A stretch of DNA of 49,105 bases from Bacteroidota bacterium. Lineage in GTDB: Bacteria; Bacteroidota; Ignavibacteria; UBA10030; UBA8401. How positions within the stretch are numbered: position 1 is the stretch's first letter; the number at the start of each line of letters is the position of its first letter. The notes below the pieces were generated by a model. It had not been told where the DNA came from, made no database searches, and saw nothing but the letters and a program-made list of their open reading frames with translations. The stretch spans positions 1 through 49,105 of the forward strand of contig JALNZH010000001.1 of NCBI GenBank assembly GCA_023229405.1, given 5' to 3'. This document shows, piece by piece, positions 7,843-17,135 of this stretch. A program made the translations under genes and the position numbers.

Positions 7843-9185
7843 TATTTTTTGATCTGTTCCAGAATTTTCGGGATCACTTTCTTTTGCAGATCCGCCGCGA
7901 TTTCATCATACGCCTTCATGCCGGCCTTATCGGAATTGATGCTGACTCCTTTCACATTGTTATATGATGTTTTATACACTTCCTCTCCAGAATTCAGATC
8001 AGTCACCGAAATGTTTGCATCCACATACACAGTATACAATCCGCTGTATTCACCGCCATCTCTGCCGTTCGCTTTCACCGAGATGAGAACGTTGGCTTTC
8101 GATGCGTCATCGACAAACGAAAATCCCTGTGTGGAAAGCGTATTTTTCAGAAGCGGTTCGATGCGCGGTAGTTTCAGCGGATGACCAAGTAGCGACTCTT
8201 CTGTCTCGAAGACAATGGTAAGCGAAACTACGTTCATGGTGAAGCGGGTCATTGGCAGTGTGAAACTCTTCATCAGCGCAACGATAAGCGGCGAACCGTT
8301 CTCACCCAGCAATGCGGCGGGATCCGCTTCGGCTTTTACCAGTTGCAGTTTGTCCGTTGCCGCCACTTTGGCAATCTGTGTGGAGGCGATGCCGCTTTTG
8401 TCCGATCGACTAATGGGAATAATATCACCCGATCCGCGAATGAAAGAAAACCGCACGGGAAAATTTTGCACGACGGATGCTGTTGCGGTATTGGTTACCA
8501 TTACTTCCAGCGGAGAACGAAGCGGTTTGCCGACCTGTGCATCTACTTTTCCATTTTTTGCCTTTAGTTCGACGGTATTCAGTACAGACTGGAGTGAGGA
8601 GAATAACTCGTTTATTAAAAAGATTTTCCCCGTGCCGAATTGGACTTCCATCGTCTCGCCGAGAAATTTTTCCACCGCAGCAAGGGATTGAACATATGAT
8701 TGCAGCGCTTCGCCCGTGTTGTTTGCTTTTTCCGCCGCTTTTGCTTTGGTAAAAAAATCTAGCGCCAGCGACGTGGCTTTGCGTAATTTCTCCGCCTGCA
8801 TCCGTTTGTATTCCGCGATGGAAAGACGATGATACACCCAATATTGATCTCCCCCATCCCATGTATCGACAGCTTCCACGCCCTCCAGATCTGCCTTGGT
8901 CGAAGTCTGTACAGCAGATTGGTACTCTTCGCTGTACTCACCGAGTTTTTCGCTTACGTTACTTTTTTGCGATGCATCAATCGAAACGACAATCTGTTGC
9001 GCAATGTCGTTAAGAGCGGCATCCTTTGCACGTTGCAAGTATTCATTGGCACTTCCCGATTTCGGCACTACGCCTATCCCGTGGTAATATCCTGCAGTGT
9101 TAGGGCGTTTTTCCACCCACGCCGGTTGTTCTCCCTGAGAGAATGCAAACGTGAGCATGAACAGTAGAAGCGTACATTGTTTCAT
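7842..9185 (-). CDS. Secreted LPP20/FlgT-like envelope protein
   Basis: Signal peptide MKQCTLLLFMLTFAFSQ, then the LPP20 signature QPAWVEKRPNTAGYYHGIGV...YLQRAKDAALNDIAQQIVV. The C-terminal alpha/beta domain resembles the TolB-N/LpoB/FlgT_C style. The ORF-track TTG start at 9341 would overlap the upstream gene. Starts at 9185, 9191 and 9209 are all possible. Confidence 0.75.
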   Translation of the reverse strand: MKQCTLLLFMLTFAFSQGEQPAWVEKRPNTAGYYHGIGVVPKSGSANEYLQRAKDAALNDIAQQIVVSIDASQKSNVSEKLGEYSEEYQSAVQTSTKADLEGVEAVDTWDGGDQYWVYHRLSIAEYKRMQAEKLRKATSLALDFFTKAKAAEKANNTGEALQSYVQSLAAVEKFLGETMEVQFGTGKIFLINELFSSLQSVLNTVELKAKNGKVDAQVGKPLRSPLEVMVTNTATASVVQNFPVRFSFIRGSGDIIPISRSDKSGIASTQIAKVAATDKLQLVKAEADPAALLGENGSPLIVALMKSFTLPMTRFTMNVVSLTIVFETEESLLGHPLKLPRIEPLLKNTLSTQGFSFVDDASKANVLISVKANGRDGGEYSGLYTVYVDANISVTDLNSGEEVYKTSYNNVKGVSINSDKAGMKAYDEIAADLQKKVIPKILEQIKK

Positions 9186-9243
9186 AGACATGAGATTAAA
9201 TGGATTCATAAAAAGAGATTTGCCGAATGATTCAGTTTCGCCG

Positions 9244-10449
9244 TTATTTACTCCATTCGTTATAAAGCCCCATCCGTTCGCTAACCTTTGCAACATACGA
9301 CCGTGTTTCTTCAAACGGAAGGTTGGTTCGCAAATGAGCAAACACCTGCTCGGAAGTCATATCATTAATCTTTGGAAGCGCCTGGTTTACATTCCGTTTC
9401 CCGGTAAATGCTTTGGCAACATTTCCCGGACCAGTATTATATGCCGAGATCACACAATAGATTCTGCTCTTCGGATCTTTCACACCGCGAAATTCTACCG
9501 TGAGCAATTTCGTTAAATATGCCGTGCCCAATGCGATGTTATTGTCGGGGATAAACAGAAATTCTCCCGTCACCAGTGAATCCTTTTTATGTGCAAAGAA
9601 AAATGCGTCGCGCGCGCCGGACTTCGGCACTAACTGCATCAACCCGAATGCTGGAACGGGCGACCGGGCTTTGGGATTAAAGTAACTTTCCGTATGCATA
9701 ATAGCATAGACGAGCGTGATATCGATGCCGAAGTGTTCCGATTCCCTCCGGACATTTTCACGGAACTCAGCAGCACGTTTTTTAACATGATCCGGAACAA
9801 GTGGCATCTGCACGCCGATCACGACACGTTTGATACCGTCTTTTCCTGTTACCAGTTGCTGCGTTACTTCCGCTTTTTTTATTGTCTCTTCCGCAAATTG
9901 CGATGCATTCCGCTCGGTAACAGGCGACCCATCTGCTTTTGCAAGTTGTCCGGAGACAATCGGTTTCTGTTCGGGCGTGATGTGATTCTTCACTTCCAAC
10001 GGATCGGTCCCCCCTTTGGCGACAGCCAGCCGGGCAATCTCTTCCTTCAATTTTCCACGAACCGCCGCAGTATTCTTCGCTTCCGTTTCCGTCACCAACA
10101 CTTCCACCACAGCACTCCCATTCTCGAAGTTAATCGACCGTCTGGAAGAAAAATCGGGCTCGTACGAAACGTACACTTCTTTCGTGCTTATTTTACTCTC
10201 TTTTTTTCCCCACTTTTTTTCGATCTGTCCGGTATACTCCCTGAACAGACGCTCCTGTTCTTTCGAGTACGCATCGAACTGCTTCGTTACTTCAGTGGAA
10301 TACTGACGGAACGATTCCTCCTCCTGCCGAACTCCCAGTTCCTGATCGTTCAGAAATTTCTCATAGTCGGTGGTCTGTGAAGTATCCTGCGCAGAGGAGA
10401 TGACAACCGCCGAAAAAACAGCGGCAAAAAAAAATCGATGGATAACCAT
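9244..10449 (-). CDS. MltC-like membrane-bound lytic murein transglycosylase (DUF3393 + SLT domain)
   Basis: SLT catalytic region LVYAIMHTESYFNPKARSPVPAFGLMQLVP...ISAYNTGPGNV. The N-terminal part (KKWG...VYVSYEPDFSSRRSINFENGSAVVEV) resembles the MltC N-domain. ATG 10447-10449 is preceded by GGAGGTG. The ORF-track start is GTG (10461). Confidence 0.9.
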   Translation of the reverse strand: MVIHRFFFAAVFSAVVISSAQDTSQTTDYEKFLNDQELGVRQEEESFRQYSTEVTKQFDAYSKEQERLFREYTGQIEKKWGKKESKISTKEVYVSYEPDFSSRRSINFENGSAVVEVLVTETEAKNTAAVRGKLKEEIARLAVAKGGTDPLEVKNHITPEQKPIVSGQLAKADGSPVTERNASQFAEETIKKAEVTQQLVTGKDGIKRVVIGVQMPLVPDHVKKRAAEFRENVRRESEHFGIDITLVYAIMHTESYFNPKARSPVPAFGLMQLVPKSGARDAFFFAHKKDSLVTGEFLFIPDNNIALGTAYLTKLLTVEFRGVKDPKSRIYCVISAYNTGPGNVAKAFTGKRNVNQALPKINDMTSEQVFAHLRTNLPFEETRSYVAKVSERMGLYNEWSK

Positions 10450-10463
10450 TGGCACCTCCACAG

Positions 10464-12854
10464 TTAAGGAATAACAATACCGGTCACTTCATCGGAATCC
10501 ACCACCAGTACCGATGAATTATCCGGCATAATAACAACGGCGCTTTCGCTGTCAATCTTCGTTGTCGACACTACCTTACCGCTTTCCGTATTCACGACGA
10601 CGGCATAGCCATCCATAATGTAAAAAATGTGACCGTTCAATTGAACCGGTCGTTGGTGGATGGTGGCAGCATCGTAATCCCATTCATAGTGCCAATTCCT
10701 TCGTCCTGTCGACGCATTCACCGATGCGATGCCGTCATCACCGAAAAGCAGTAATCGGTCTGCCTGCCGGTGGTATTCCACGTGCAATATCCTGGAAAGC
10801 GAAATCGTAAAAGATTCACCGGCGATGACGGATTTTTTTATCTGAAAAGCACTGTCTTCAATCCAATCTGCCGTCAATAGTTTTTCGTTATTCCAGGATG
10901 TTGATCGCTGGAAGAGATCTTCATAATCCATCGATCCAACTCCGCTGTCAGAAAATTCAAACTTCCAACTGAGCATTCCTTTGCGCTCAGGGCTGAGCGA
11001 TAACGAATACAAGAATTTTTCATCCGCAAAAAACAAATTCGAATTACCTTTGGCATACTGGGAAATTGAATATCCATGGAACACTTGTCCGGGATCCGCT
11101 TCAAATTCTCTTTTCCACAATACTTTTCCCGTCGCCGTATCCACGGCAAGTAACAAATAATCATCCTCTTCCCATAGCATTTTTTTGCTTATTTTATCTT
11201 TCTTTGCGTCGTACGTAAATCCTTGTTTGGACCCTCCCGTTCGCACAAACAATACCGTATCAATCATCGCCATATCGAAGATGTAACTGCCATTCAAATC
11301 CTGTTCGATCAGCATCCATCGAATCGAACCATTCGAGGCATCCAACGCTACAAGATTTTTATTACCCGGGCACAGAATCATATTCCCCGTTTTCATCGTT
11401 TTGGCAATCGACGCAAGTCCGCCGTCAAACGATACACCATCGGCAATCTTCATATAATTTTTCGACAGAATCTGTCCGTTGGTAATATCCACTCGGACAA
11501 ATCCCTCCCCCCCCGGTTTTTCCGTATTGGGCAGCAGCATATCGGCGCCGGTACGAATAACAAACACCGCACTTTCACTTTCCACCGATACCTGATATTC
11601 AAATCCGATTTCTTCAAATCCGAATGACGGCAGCACTGGTCCGGTAAATTTTCCGATCGCCGGAATTGGTAGTGTCCGTTTTTGCAGTGATTCGTCCGCA
11701 TGAGCAATCAATGTGCGATAATTAATCTTTCCGGTCGGAGCATTGATGCTCATGATGTAAAGTCGTAAACCGTTGCTGGGATCGAGATAAGTTACGATCA
11801 CGTCGTTGGAGTCCTGCACAAGAAACTTATGCAAAAAACCGTTTGCCGGCTGGAATTTCAATGCCGTTTGCCAGGCAATTTTCCCGATGTCTAAATTCCA
11901 ACCGATAATCTTATCTTCCAGACCAACAATCATGATTGCTGCGGAATCTGTTTGTGTCACAATAATATTCCGCAGATCATCTACTTTTGAAGGTATCTGC
12001 GACACTTTTCCGGTTATACTGTTCAGGTGGACAATTCTATCTTCGCCGATCACCGCACATCCAACCGCCGTCGGCATAAGAGGATTGTATTGGTCGGAAA
12101 CCTTCACCGGTATTTGGGCAACCAATTTCTGGAGAACAGTGTTGATGACGATATAATTTTTTTCGAAAATGAATGCCGCAATAGTCTGATCGGGGGAAAT
12201 GTATGACCATGCGCGTTTTCCCTTCACCAGATCGCCGTGCGGTTCGGAGAGTGGAAGCGACAGTAATTTTTTCCCATCATCCATGGAAAGCAATACACAA
12301 TCATTTTTTTCTGTGATAACAAAATATTTGCGCAGCGTCGGCAGCAGGAACGAATTTACGGTTCCCGCTTCAATCAACGAACGTTGATATTCAATAGGAG
12401 TTCTCCATGCTTCGTTTCCGTCGTTCAAACTGATGCCGATATCGAGCGTACTGTATGAAACAATCAGCAGTGTATCAACCTGCGCAAGACCGGAAAACTG
12501 ACTCTGCTCAATCCCTTTATACCACCGTTTCCACTGCACCGATCTGTTTACCATGTCGTAACACACCAGTGTATCTTCATTCGCCACAAGATACAACGTA
12601 TCGTTTACCACCGTATGAATGGCTTTATCGGAATATTCGTCAATTTCAACATTCCACACTTTTTTCCCGGTAGCATTTTCATATAACCAAGCATATTCAT
12701 CGGATGACAAAAACAGATATTTGCCGTTCAGCACCGGTTGTATTTTTTTAACATTATCTTCCAATTCCGCTTTCCAGATGAGTTTTTTTGATTGTCCGGT
12801 AAGGATACTTGCGGTGAGTACAATAATAAATAATAAACGTGAGTAGTATTTCAT
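10464..12854 (-). CDS. Large secreted PQQ-like (BamB-type) beta-propeller repeat protein
   Basis: Signal peptide MKYYSRLLFIIVLTASILTGQ with SD GAGGTG upstream. There are at least 8 recurrent G-K/S-x-x-W blades (GKKVWNVEI, SVQWKRWY, NEAWRTPI, GKIAWQTAL, GSIRWMLIE, GKVLWKREF, RRNWHYEWD). The stop lies 14 nt from the mltC-like start. Confidence 0.8.
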   Translation of the reverse strand: MKYYSRLLFIIVLTASILTGQSKKLIWKAELEDNVKKIQPVLNGKYLFLSSDEYAWLYENATGKKVWNVEIDEYSDKAIHTVVNDTLYLVANEDTLVCYDMVNRSVQWKRWYKGIEQSQFSGLAQVDTLLIVSYSTLDIGISLNDGNEAWRTPIEYQRSLIEAGTVNSFLLPTLRKYFVITEKNDCVLLSMDDGKKLLSLPLSEPHGDLVKGKRAWSYISPDQTIAAFIFEKNYIVINTVLQKLVAQIPVKVSDQYNPLMPTAVGCAVIGEDRIVHLNSITGKVSQIPSKVDDLRNIIVTQTDSAAIMIVGLEDKIIGWNLDIGKIAWQTALKFQPANGFLHKFLVQDSNDVIVTYLDPSNGLRLYIMSINAPTGKINYRTLIAHADESLQKRTLPIPAIGKFTGPVLPSFGFEEIGFEYQVSVESESAVFVIRTGADMLLPNTEKPGGEGFVRVDITNGQILSKNYMKIADGVSFDGGLASIAKTMKTGNMILCPGNKNLVALDASNGSIRWMLIEQDLNGSYIFDMAMIDTVLFVRTGGSKQGFTYDAKKDKISKKMLWEEDDYLLLAVDTATGKVLWKREFEADPGQVFHGYSISQYAKGNSNLFFADEKFLYSLSLSPERKGMLSWKFEFSDSGVGSMDYEDLFQRSTSWNNEKLLTADWIEDSAFQIKKSVIAGESFTISLSRILHVEYHRQADRLLLFGDDGIASVNASTGRRNWHYEWDYDAATIHQRPVQLNGHIFYIMDGYAVVVNTESGKVVSTTKIDSESAVVIMPDNSSVLVVDSDEVTGIVIP

Positions 12855-12977
12855 AAGCACCTCAAAAGAGCAAGTAATAATATGGAACATCATGATATCA
12901 ATGGCGGGCAGCATTTTTTGCGCCACGTCGGAAAACTGGAACTTGATTGGGGGGAAACTTCATTACGTACATTAACC

Positions 12978-14192
12978 CTATCGTACGCCGACAGTGTTCG
13001 ATTGAAATCGGTCGGCAAATTGTCTATCCGTCCGGGAACGGTACCCCTCTTCGCGAATATACTTCTGTGCGTTCAGAATTCGTTCGTTCATGTCATCTTT
13101 CTTCATGTACGTGTCGTCAAAAATATCCTGCGACGAGGCAGACGGCTCATGAATCCGCTGCAACACTGAGGCTAACGAGGTCGGATCATACCCCGCTCTC
13201 TTTAAATACGTCATCGCCAATTGGTCTGCATCCGTTTCATAGGATAATAGTCTCGGAGCGATCAGGTTTTGATAGACATTGTCCGCGTATTCTTCCAGTT
13301 CTTTTTCTTCCTCCCCCATTGGCCCGGTCTCATCTTCCAATTCCGCAAACGCCGATTCAGCTTTAATCTTCGCTTCGCTTTTCTTCAATTCCTTCACACC
13401 ATGTCGCTGCGCCACGTGAACCATCTCATGTGCAATTACCGATGCTAGTTCGGCCTCGTTCGTACACGCACGAACCATACCTTGAGTAATAAAAATATAT
13501 CCGCCGGGGACTGCAAAAGCACCTGCATGATGATCTTTCAAAATGTAAAACCGAAATCCCAGATCGTACGCTTTGGTATATTTGGCCAGGTGATTGCCAA
13601 TCTTATTAATGTAGCGCAGAGCGAGCGGATCTTCTACGATTCCTTTTTGTACCGCTATTTTTTGAGCTATACCGAGTCCGATTCCTTCTTCATGAAAACG
13701 AATATCGAACGGTTTTTCTACAGTCATATATCCGCGAAACGGTTCCAGCGTGAAACTATGCTCGAACGATTCCATCTCATCCATAGAAACAACCGGCTCT
13801 GAATATTTGCTGATTTCTGCCTCTCCTGTCTGACTTCCGTCGACATATTTTTTTCCGAACCCTTTCACTGCGGCGGCTAATTCCGCGCGGGATGCGCGGG
13901 AGGTTGTCTTTCCCTTCAGAATATTTTCATCGCGCGCATTGGTACCGGATTTTTCCGCAAAACTATTTTCAGAAAGCCACCCGAGATCGTTTTGTTCGGT
14001 TTTAACCTTTAGCCAACTTCCTTTTTTCTCCATCTTGCTCACCTCAACCGACGCTGGCAGCGCTGCAATAATCTGAAAATACGATGCCGGACCCTCGCGC
14101 AGATAATTGGTCGGCTGTGTTGTACGTATTTTTTGTGCAGCGATAATTTGCAGGCTCACGACCATTGCCGTTAGTAACCACAAGCTTCTCAT
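12978..14192 (-). CDS. M48-family zinc metalloprotease with an N-terminal bacterial SH3 domain
   Basis: HEXXH motif in VIAHEMVHVAQRHG. The N-terminal region YLREGPASYFQIIAALPASVEVSKMEKKGSWLKVKTEQNDLGWL is SH3b-like. ATG 14190-14192 is preceded by AAGGAG. The ORF-track start is GTG (14216). Confidence 0.85.
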   Translation of the reverse strand: MRSLWLLTAMVVSLQIIAAQKIRTTQPTNYLREGPASYFQIIAALPASVEVSKMEKKGSWLKVKTEQNDLGWLSENSFAEKSGTNARDENILKGKTTSRASRAELAAAVKGFGKKYVDGSQTGEAEISKYSEPVVSMDEMESFEHSFTLEPFRGYMTVEKPFDIRFHEEGIGLGIAQKIAVQKGIVEDPLALRYINKIGNHLAKYTKAYDLGFRFYILKDHHAGAFAVPGGYIFITQGMVRACTNEAELASVIAHEMVHVAQRHGVKELKKSEAKIKAESAFAELEDETGPMGEEEKELEEYADNVYQNLIAPRLLSYETDADQLAMTYLKRAGYDPTSLASVLQRIHEPSASSQDIFDDTYMKKDDMNERILNAQKYIREEGYRSRTDRQFADRFQSNTVGVR

Positions 14193-14245
14193 AATTTCTC
14201 CTTCTATTGTATTCACACAGGCGCTGGTATGTCGCCTGCGTGTTT

Positions 14246-16390
14246 CTACTTTGATGTCATCACATATACGCCGTCCCAGTTGTTTGGCGGCGGGTGCTTC
14301 CGGAACACTTCGCAGCGTTCTATATACATCGATGAAGCAAAATCATCCGACTTCTGATTGAGCACAGTTTTGAACATGGAAATTGCATCGTTCCAATGCT
14401 GCTCCCGGTATAACTTTACTCCTGCCTCGAATGTCTGCACCATTTTCAATCGCTGCTCGGTGATTTCTACCCTTGTGCAGACCACTTCAAAAATTTTAAT
14501 CGGAAGTTTCTTTCCTTTCACCCGCATAATGTCTATTTCGCGAAGCAGAAATTCATCGGTCACTTGTTCGGTTGCTGTCGATTCACTGATCATCAACGAG
14601 GTGCCGTAATATTTGTTCACTCCTTCTAGCCGGGATGCAAGATTCACCGTATCGCCGATTACCGTATATTCTTTTTTCGATCGACCTCCGATATATCCGA
14701 CAACCATCGATCCGGAATTGATACCGATTCTGGTAGAGAACACCGGTTCCCCTTTTTCCCTTGCTTCCTTCGTCATCTCGAACACCACGCGGGAGAATTC
14801 ATATGCCGCCCTGGTCGCCAACAACCGGTGATTCGGATTCTTCAACGGAATGCCGAACTGCACCATCACTGCATCGCCGATGAACTTATCAATTGTACCG
14901 TCGTGCTTAAAAAAAATATCGTTCGCTGTGGAAAAATAATTATTAAGGAATGCGACAAGCTCTTTCGGTTTTTTGGATTCGGAGATGCTTGTGAATCCTT
15001 CGATATCCGAGAACATAATGGATGCTTCAACCTCTTCCCCACCTAATTCCACCCGTTCCGGATCTGCGCTGAGTTGTTTCACCACATGAGGATTGACAAA
15101 CTGTCCGAAGATGCGTTGGATCTGTCTTTTATTCCGGCCTTCGGTTGCAAAATTCCAACCGATAGAAATAACATACGTCAGAACGATCGAAAAAAGCGGA
15201 AATACTGTCTGCACCCAGATCAATTCCCGAAGAAACAATTGTGTTACAATCACAAATAATACTGCCGAGATGGAAAGCATAATTCCGGTACTGACAACAA
15301 TATTTTCGTAAAAATTTGAACTGAATGCGATACACGCCGCCAGCAGCAAACTCAACACAAAAATCCAAACAAATGGCACTTCCCTGATAAAATCGTTCTT
15401 CAGATAATTACTCATCGCCGTTGCATGGATTTCCACTCCGGGATACGGTTCCAAATAGGTGAACGGCGTGTTTTTCAAATCGAATAGGCTCGGTGCGTTT
15501 GAGCCGATAAACACAATCTTATCCTTAAAAATGGAAGCGGGTACATCCGGTTCCATCCCTGCCTGTTCTTTAAAAGCGGAGACAATAACTGAATGAATCG
15601 AATAATATTTGAACACACCATCCGGTCCGCCTTTACCATACCAGTATATCAAGTATGGCGATTCGATCTTTGTGTCGATCGGATGGGATTTGTCGAACAA
15701 ATCTTTATATACATTATACGACAATGCAAACAATCTGTTTCCATGATACGAATACTGCAGTGCAATCCGTCGGCACACGCCGTCTTCATCCGGCACAAAA
15801 TTAACCACTCCAATACTTGTCGCCGCTTCCTGGAACTGCACCAGCGGCGAATAAGATTTATCGAATTCGAACCGATGTGTCTCAGTGACCAACGATTCAA
15901 TGGAGGGAAATTTCACCAGCGGATCACCAGGCTGATCTTCTTCCTCTTGTTTCGTTAAAATAGCCGCCAGATACACATTGCCTGCGGAACGAATTGCGGC
16001 AGCAAAAAGACTGTCATTATACGCTCCAACAGAATTTGCCCGATCTTCGTCCGGCTCGGTAAACTGGAAATCGTACACTACGGCTTTAGCGCCCGCAGCG
16101 GTAAGATAGTCGGTCGTAAGTGCATAAAAATCGCGCGACCAAGGCCAGCTGATCTTTGCTGTCCGTTTAAAATACTGCAGACTGTTTTGATCGATGGTGA
16201 GGATGACAATGTTCGTGTCCGGCTGACGGGAATTCTGTGCGATACGGAACTGGATATCCAACGCATTCAGCTCAACGACTTTCCCGAGTGTCGAAGCGGC
16301 GATGAAATATGCTGCGGTAATCCCTACCACTGCAGAGACGACAGATCTGAATTGTTTTGCAAAGAGGAGTTTCTTCAACGATGGGGACAT
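14246..16390 (-). CDS. CHASE2-sensor class III adenylate/guanylate cyclase
   Basis: N-terminal TM, a periplasmic CHASE2-like region, a block of 3-4 TM helices, then the class III cyclase core (ASIMFSDIEGFTSISE...KFIGDAVMVQFG...GINSGSMVVGYIGG...YTVIGDTVNLASRLEG). TPR-like C-terminal tail. ATG 16388-16390 is preferred over the GTG at 16411. Confidence 0.9.
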   Translation of the reverse strand: MSPSLKKLLFAKQFRSVVSAVVGITAAYFIAASTLGKVVELNALDIQFRIAQNSRQPDTNIVILTIDQNSLQYFKRTAKISWPWSRDFYALTTDYLTAAGAKAVVYDFQFTEPDEDRANSVGAYNDSLFAAAIRSAGNVYLAAILTKQEEEDQPGDPLVKFPSIESLVTETHRFEFDKSYSPLVQFQEAATSIGVVNFVPDEDGVCRRIALQYSYHGNRLFALSYNVYKDLFDKSHPIDTKIESPYLIYWYGKGGPDGVFKYYSIHSVIVSAFKEQAGMEPDVPASIFKDKIVFIGSNAPSLFDLKNTPFTYLEPYPGVEIHATAMSNYLKNDFIREVPFVWIFVLSLLLAACIAFSSNFYENIVVSTGIMLSISAVLFVIVTQLFLRELIWVQTVFPLFSIVLTYVISIGWNFATEGRNKRQIQRIFGQFVNPHVVKQLSADPERVELGGEEVEASIMFSDIEGFTSISESKKPKELVAFLNNYFSTANDIFFKHDGTIDKFIGDAVMVQFGIPLKNPNHRLLATRAAYEFSRVVFEMTKEAREKGEPVFSTRIGINSGSMVVGYIGGRSKKEYTVIGDTVNLASRLEGVNKYYGTSLMISESTATEQVTDEFLLREIDIMRVKGKKLPIKIFEVVCTRVEITEQRLKMVQTFEAGVKLYREQHWNDAISMFKTVLNQKSDDFASSMYIERCEVFRKHPPPNNWDGVYVMTSK

Positions 16391-16499
16391 TCGTTCCTGT
16401 TTCTGGGTCACCGGTTATTAGAACTTTGATATTCGTACTGCAGCAAATACATGTATGAAATAGTGAATTTTTGTGATGAAATTCAACGAGAAAATGCGA

Positions 16500-17135
16500 T
16501 CAGGAAGCGGATCGTTTCCGTATTGCGAACAAGCCATACCCTAGTGCGAAAAGCACCATGATGCGGAGCACAATATGCACTGTTAACGCCCGATGATCGT
16601 CGGTTCCAATTTCCTTTAGAAGAATCAAATTGATATTCAGGATGAGTACCCCAATCTGGAACAGCACCAGTGTGATAATCGGAATCGCGTGAAACCGTAT
16701 CAGAAGCCACATCATTCCACCGCCAATAAAGAAAAGATCAATGTATACTTGGTTCCATTGTTCCGTTAAAAGTGCGCCGATGAACATCCATCCGAATTGT
16801 GCCGATAACAACGCAATGATACTTCTCGCTTCCATCAGAACGGTATTTGTTTTATACAATATCCATATCACAGCAATCATCAACACAAACGGAATAAGAA
16901 CGTGAATCCCCGCATACACTCCTAAAAGCAATCCTGCACCGCTGCCGGCGATGGTCCATAATTTTGTTGTGATAAACGATGTATTCGATACGACAGGCGC
17001 GGCACGCTGATTGATAGAAGCCGATTGTTGTGCTGTTTTATACGAATACCGATGGATGGAATTGCAGAAGTACAAGCCCCCGTATTCCATGTACTCCGTT
17101 CCGGTGATGTCACTTTCGCAATACGCACATTTCAT
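16500..17135 (-). CDS. Polytopic membrane protein with an N-terminal Cys-rich zinc-ribbon-like motif, hypothetical
   Basis: MKCAYCESDITGTEYMEYGGLYFCNSIHRY (C-x-x-C ... C-x-x-x-H) followed by about 5 hydrophobic helices. The start overlaps the upstream stop (ATGA). Confidence 0.65.
   Translation of the reverse strand: MKCAYCESDITGTEYMEYGGLYFCNSIHRYSYKTAQQSASINQRAAPVVSNTSFITTKLWTIAGSGAGLLLGVYAGIHVLIPFVLMIAVIWILYKTNTVLMEARSIIALLSAQFGWMFIGALLTEQWNQVYIDLFFIGGGMMWLLIRFHAIPIITLVLFQIGVLILNINLILLKEIGTDDHRALTVHIVLRIMVLFALGYGLFAIRKRSAS

Noticed and set aside
7842-9341. N-terminal extensions in the ORF track that begin at GTG/TTG. Affected ORF-track ends: 2881, 6322, 9341, 10461, 12926, 14216, 16411, 35559, 38928 and 45150; the track's upstream ATG at 22215 was also trimmed.
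   Set aside because: Each extension lacks an SD, often overlaps the upstream gene, and precedes an internal ATG with an AGGAG-type SD, a proper signal peptide or lipobox, or a stop-start overlap (ATGA/TAATG). I used the trimmed coordinates.
10426-10434. A9/T9 homopolymer inside the signal-peptide region of the mltC-like gene (also T8/A8 runs at 2831-2838 and 41622-41629) as possible phase-variation tracts.
   Set aside because: They encode FFF or KK(K) in the correct frame and are within the length range expected for Phe/Lys codon runs in a moderately AT-rich genome. A single sequence offers no evidence of length heterogeneity.
14218-14238. 6-bp hairpin CAGGCG-N9-CGCCTG between the cyclase and the M48 gene, considered as a terminator.
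   Set aside because: No U-tract follows on the - strand. It is more likely an mRNA-stability or processing element, or chance, so it does not break the proposed co-transcription.
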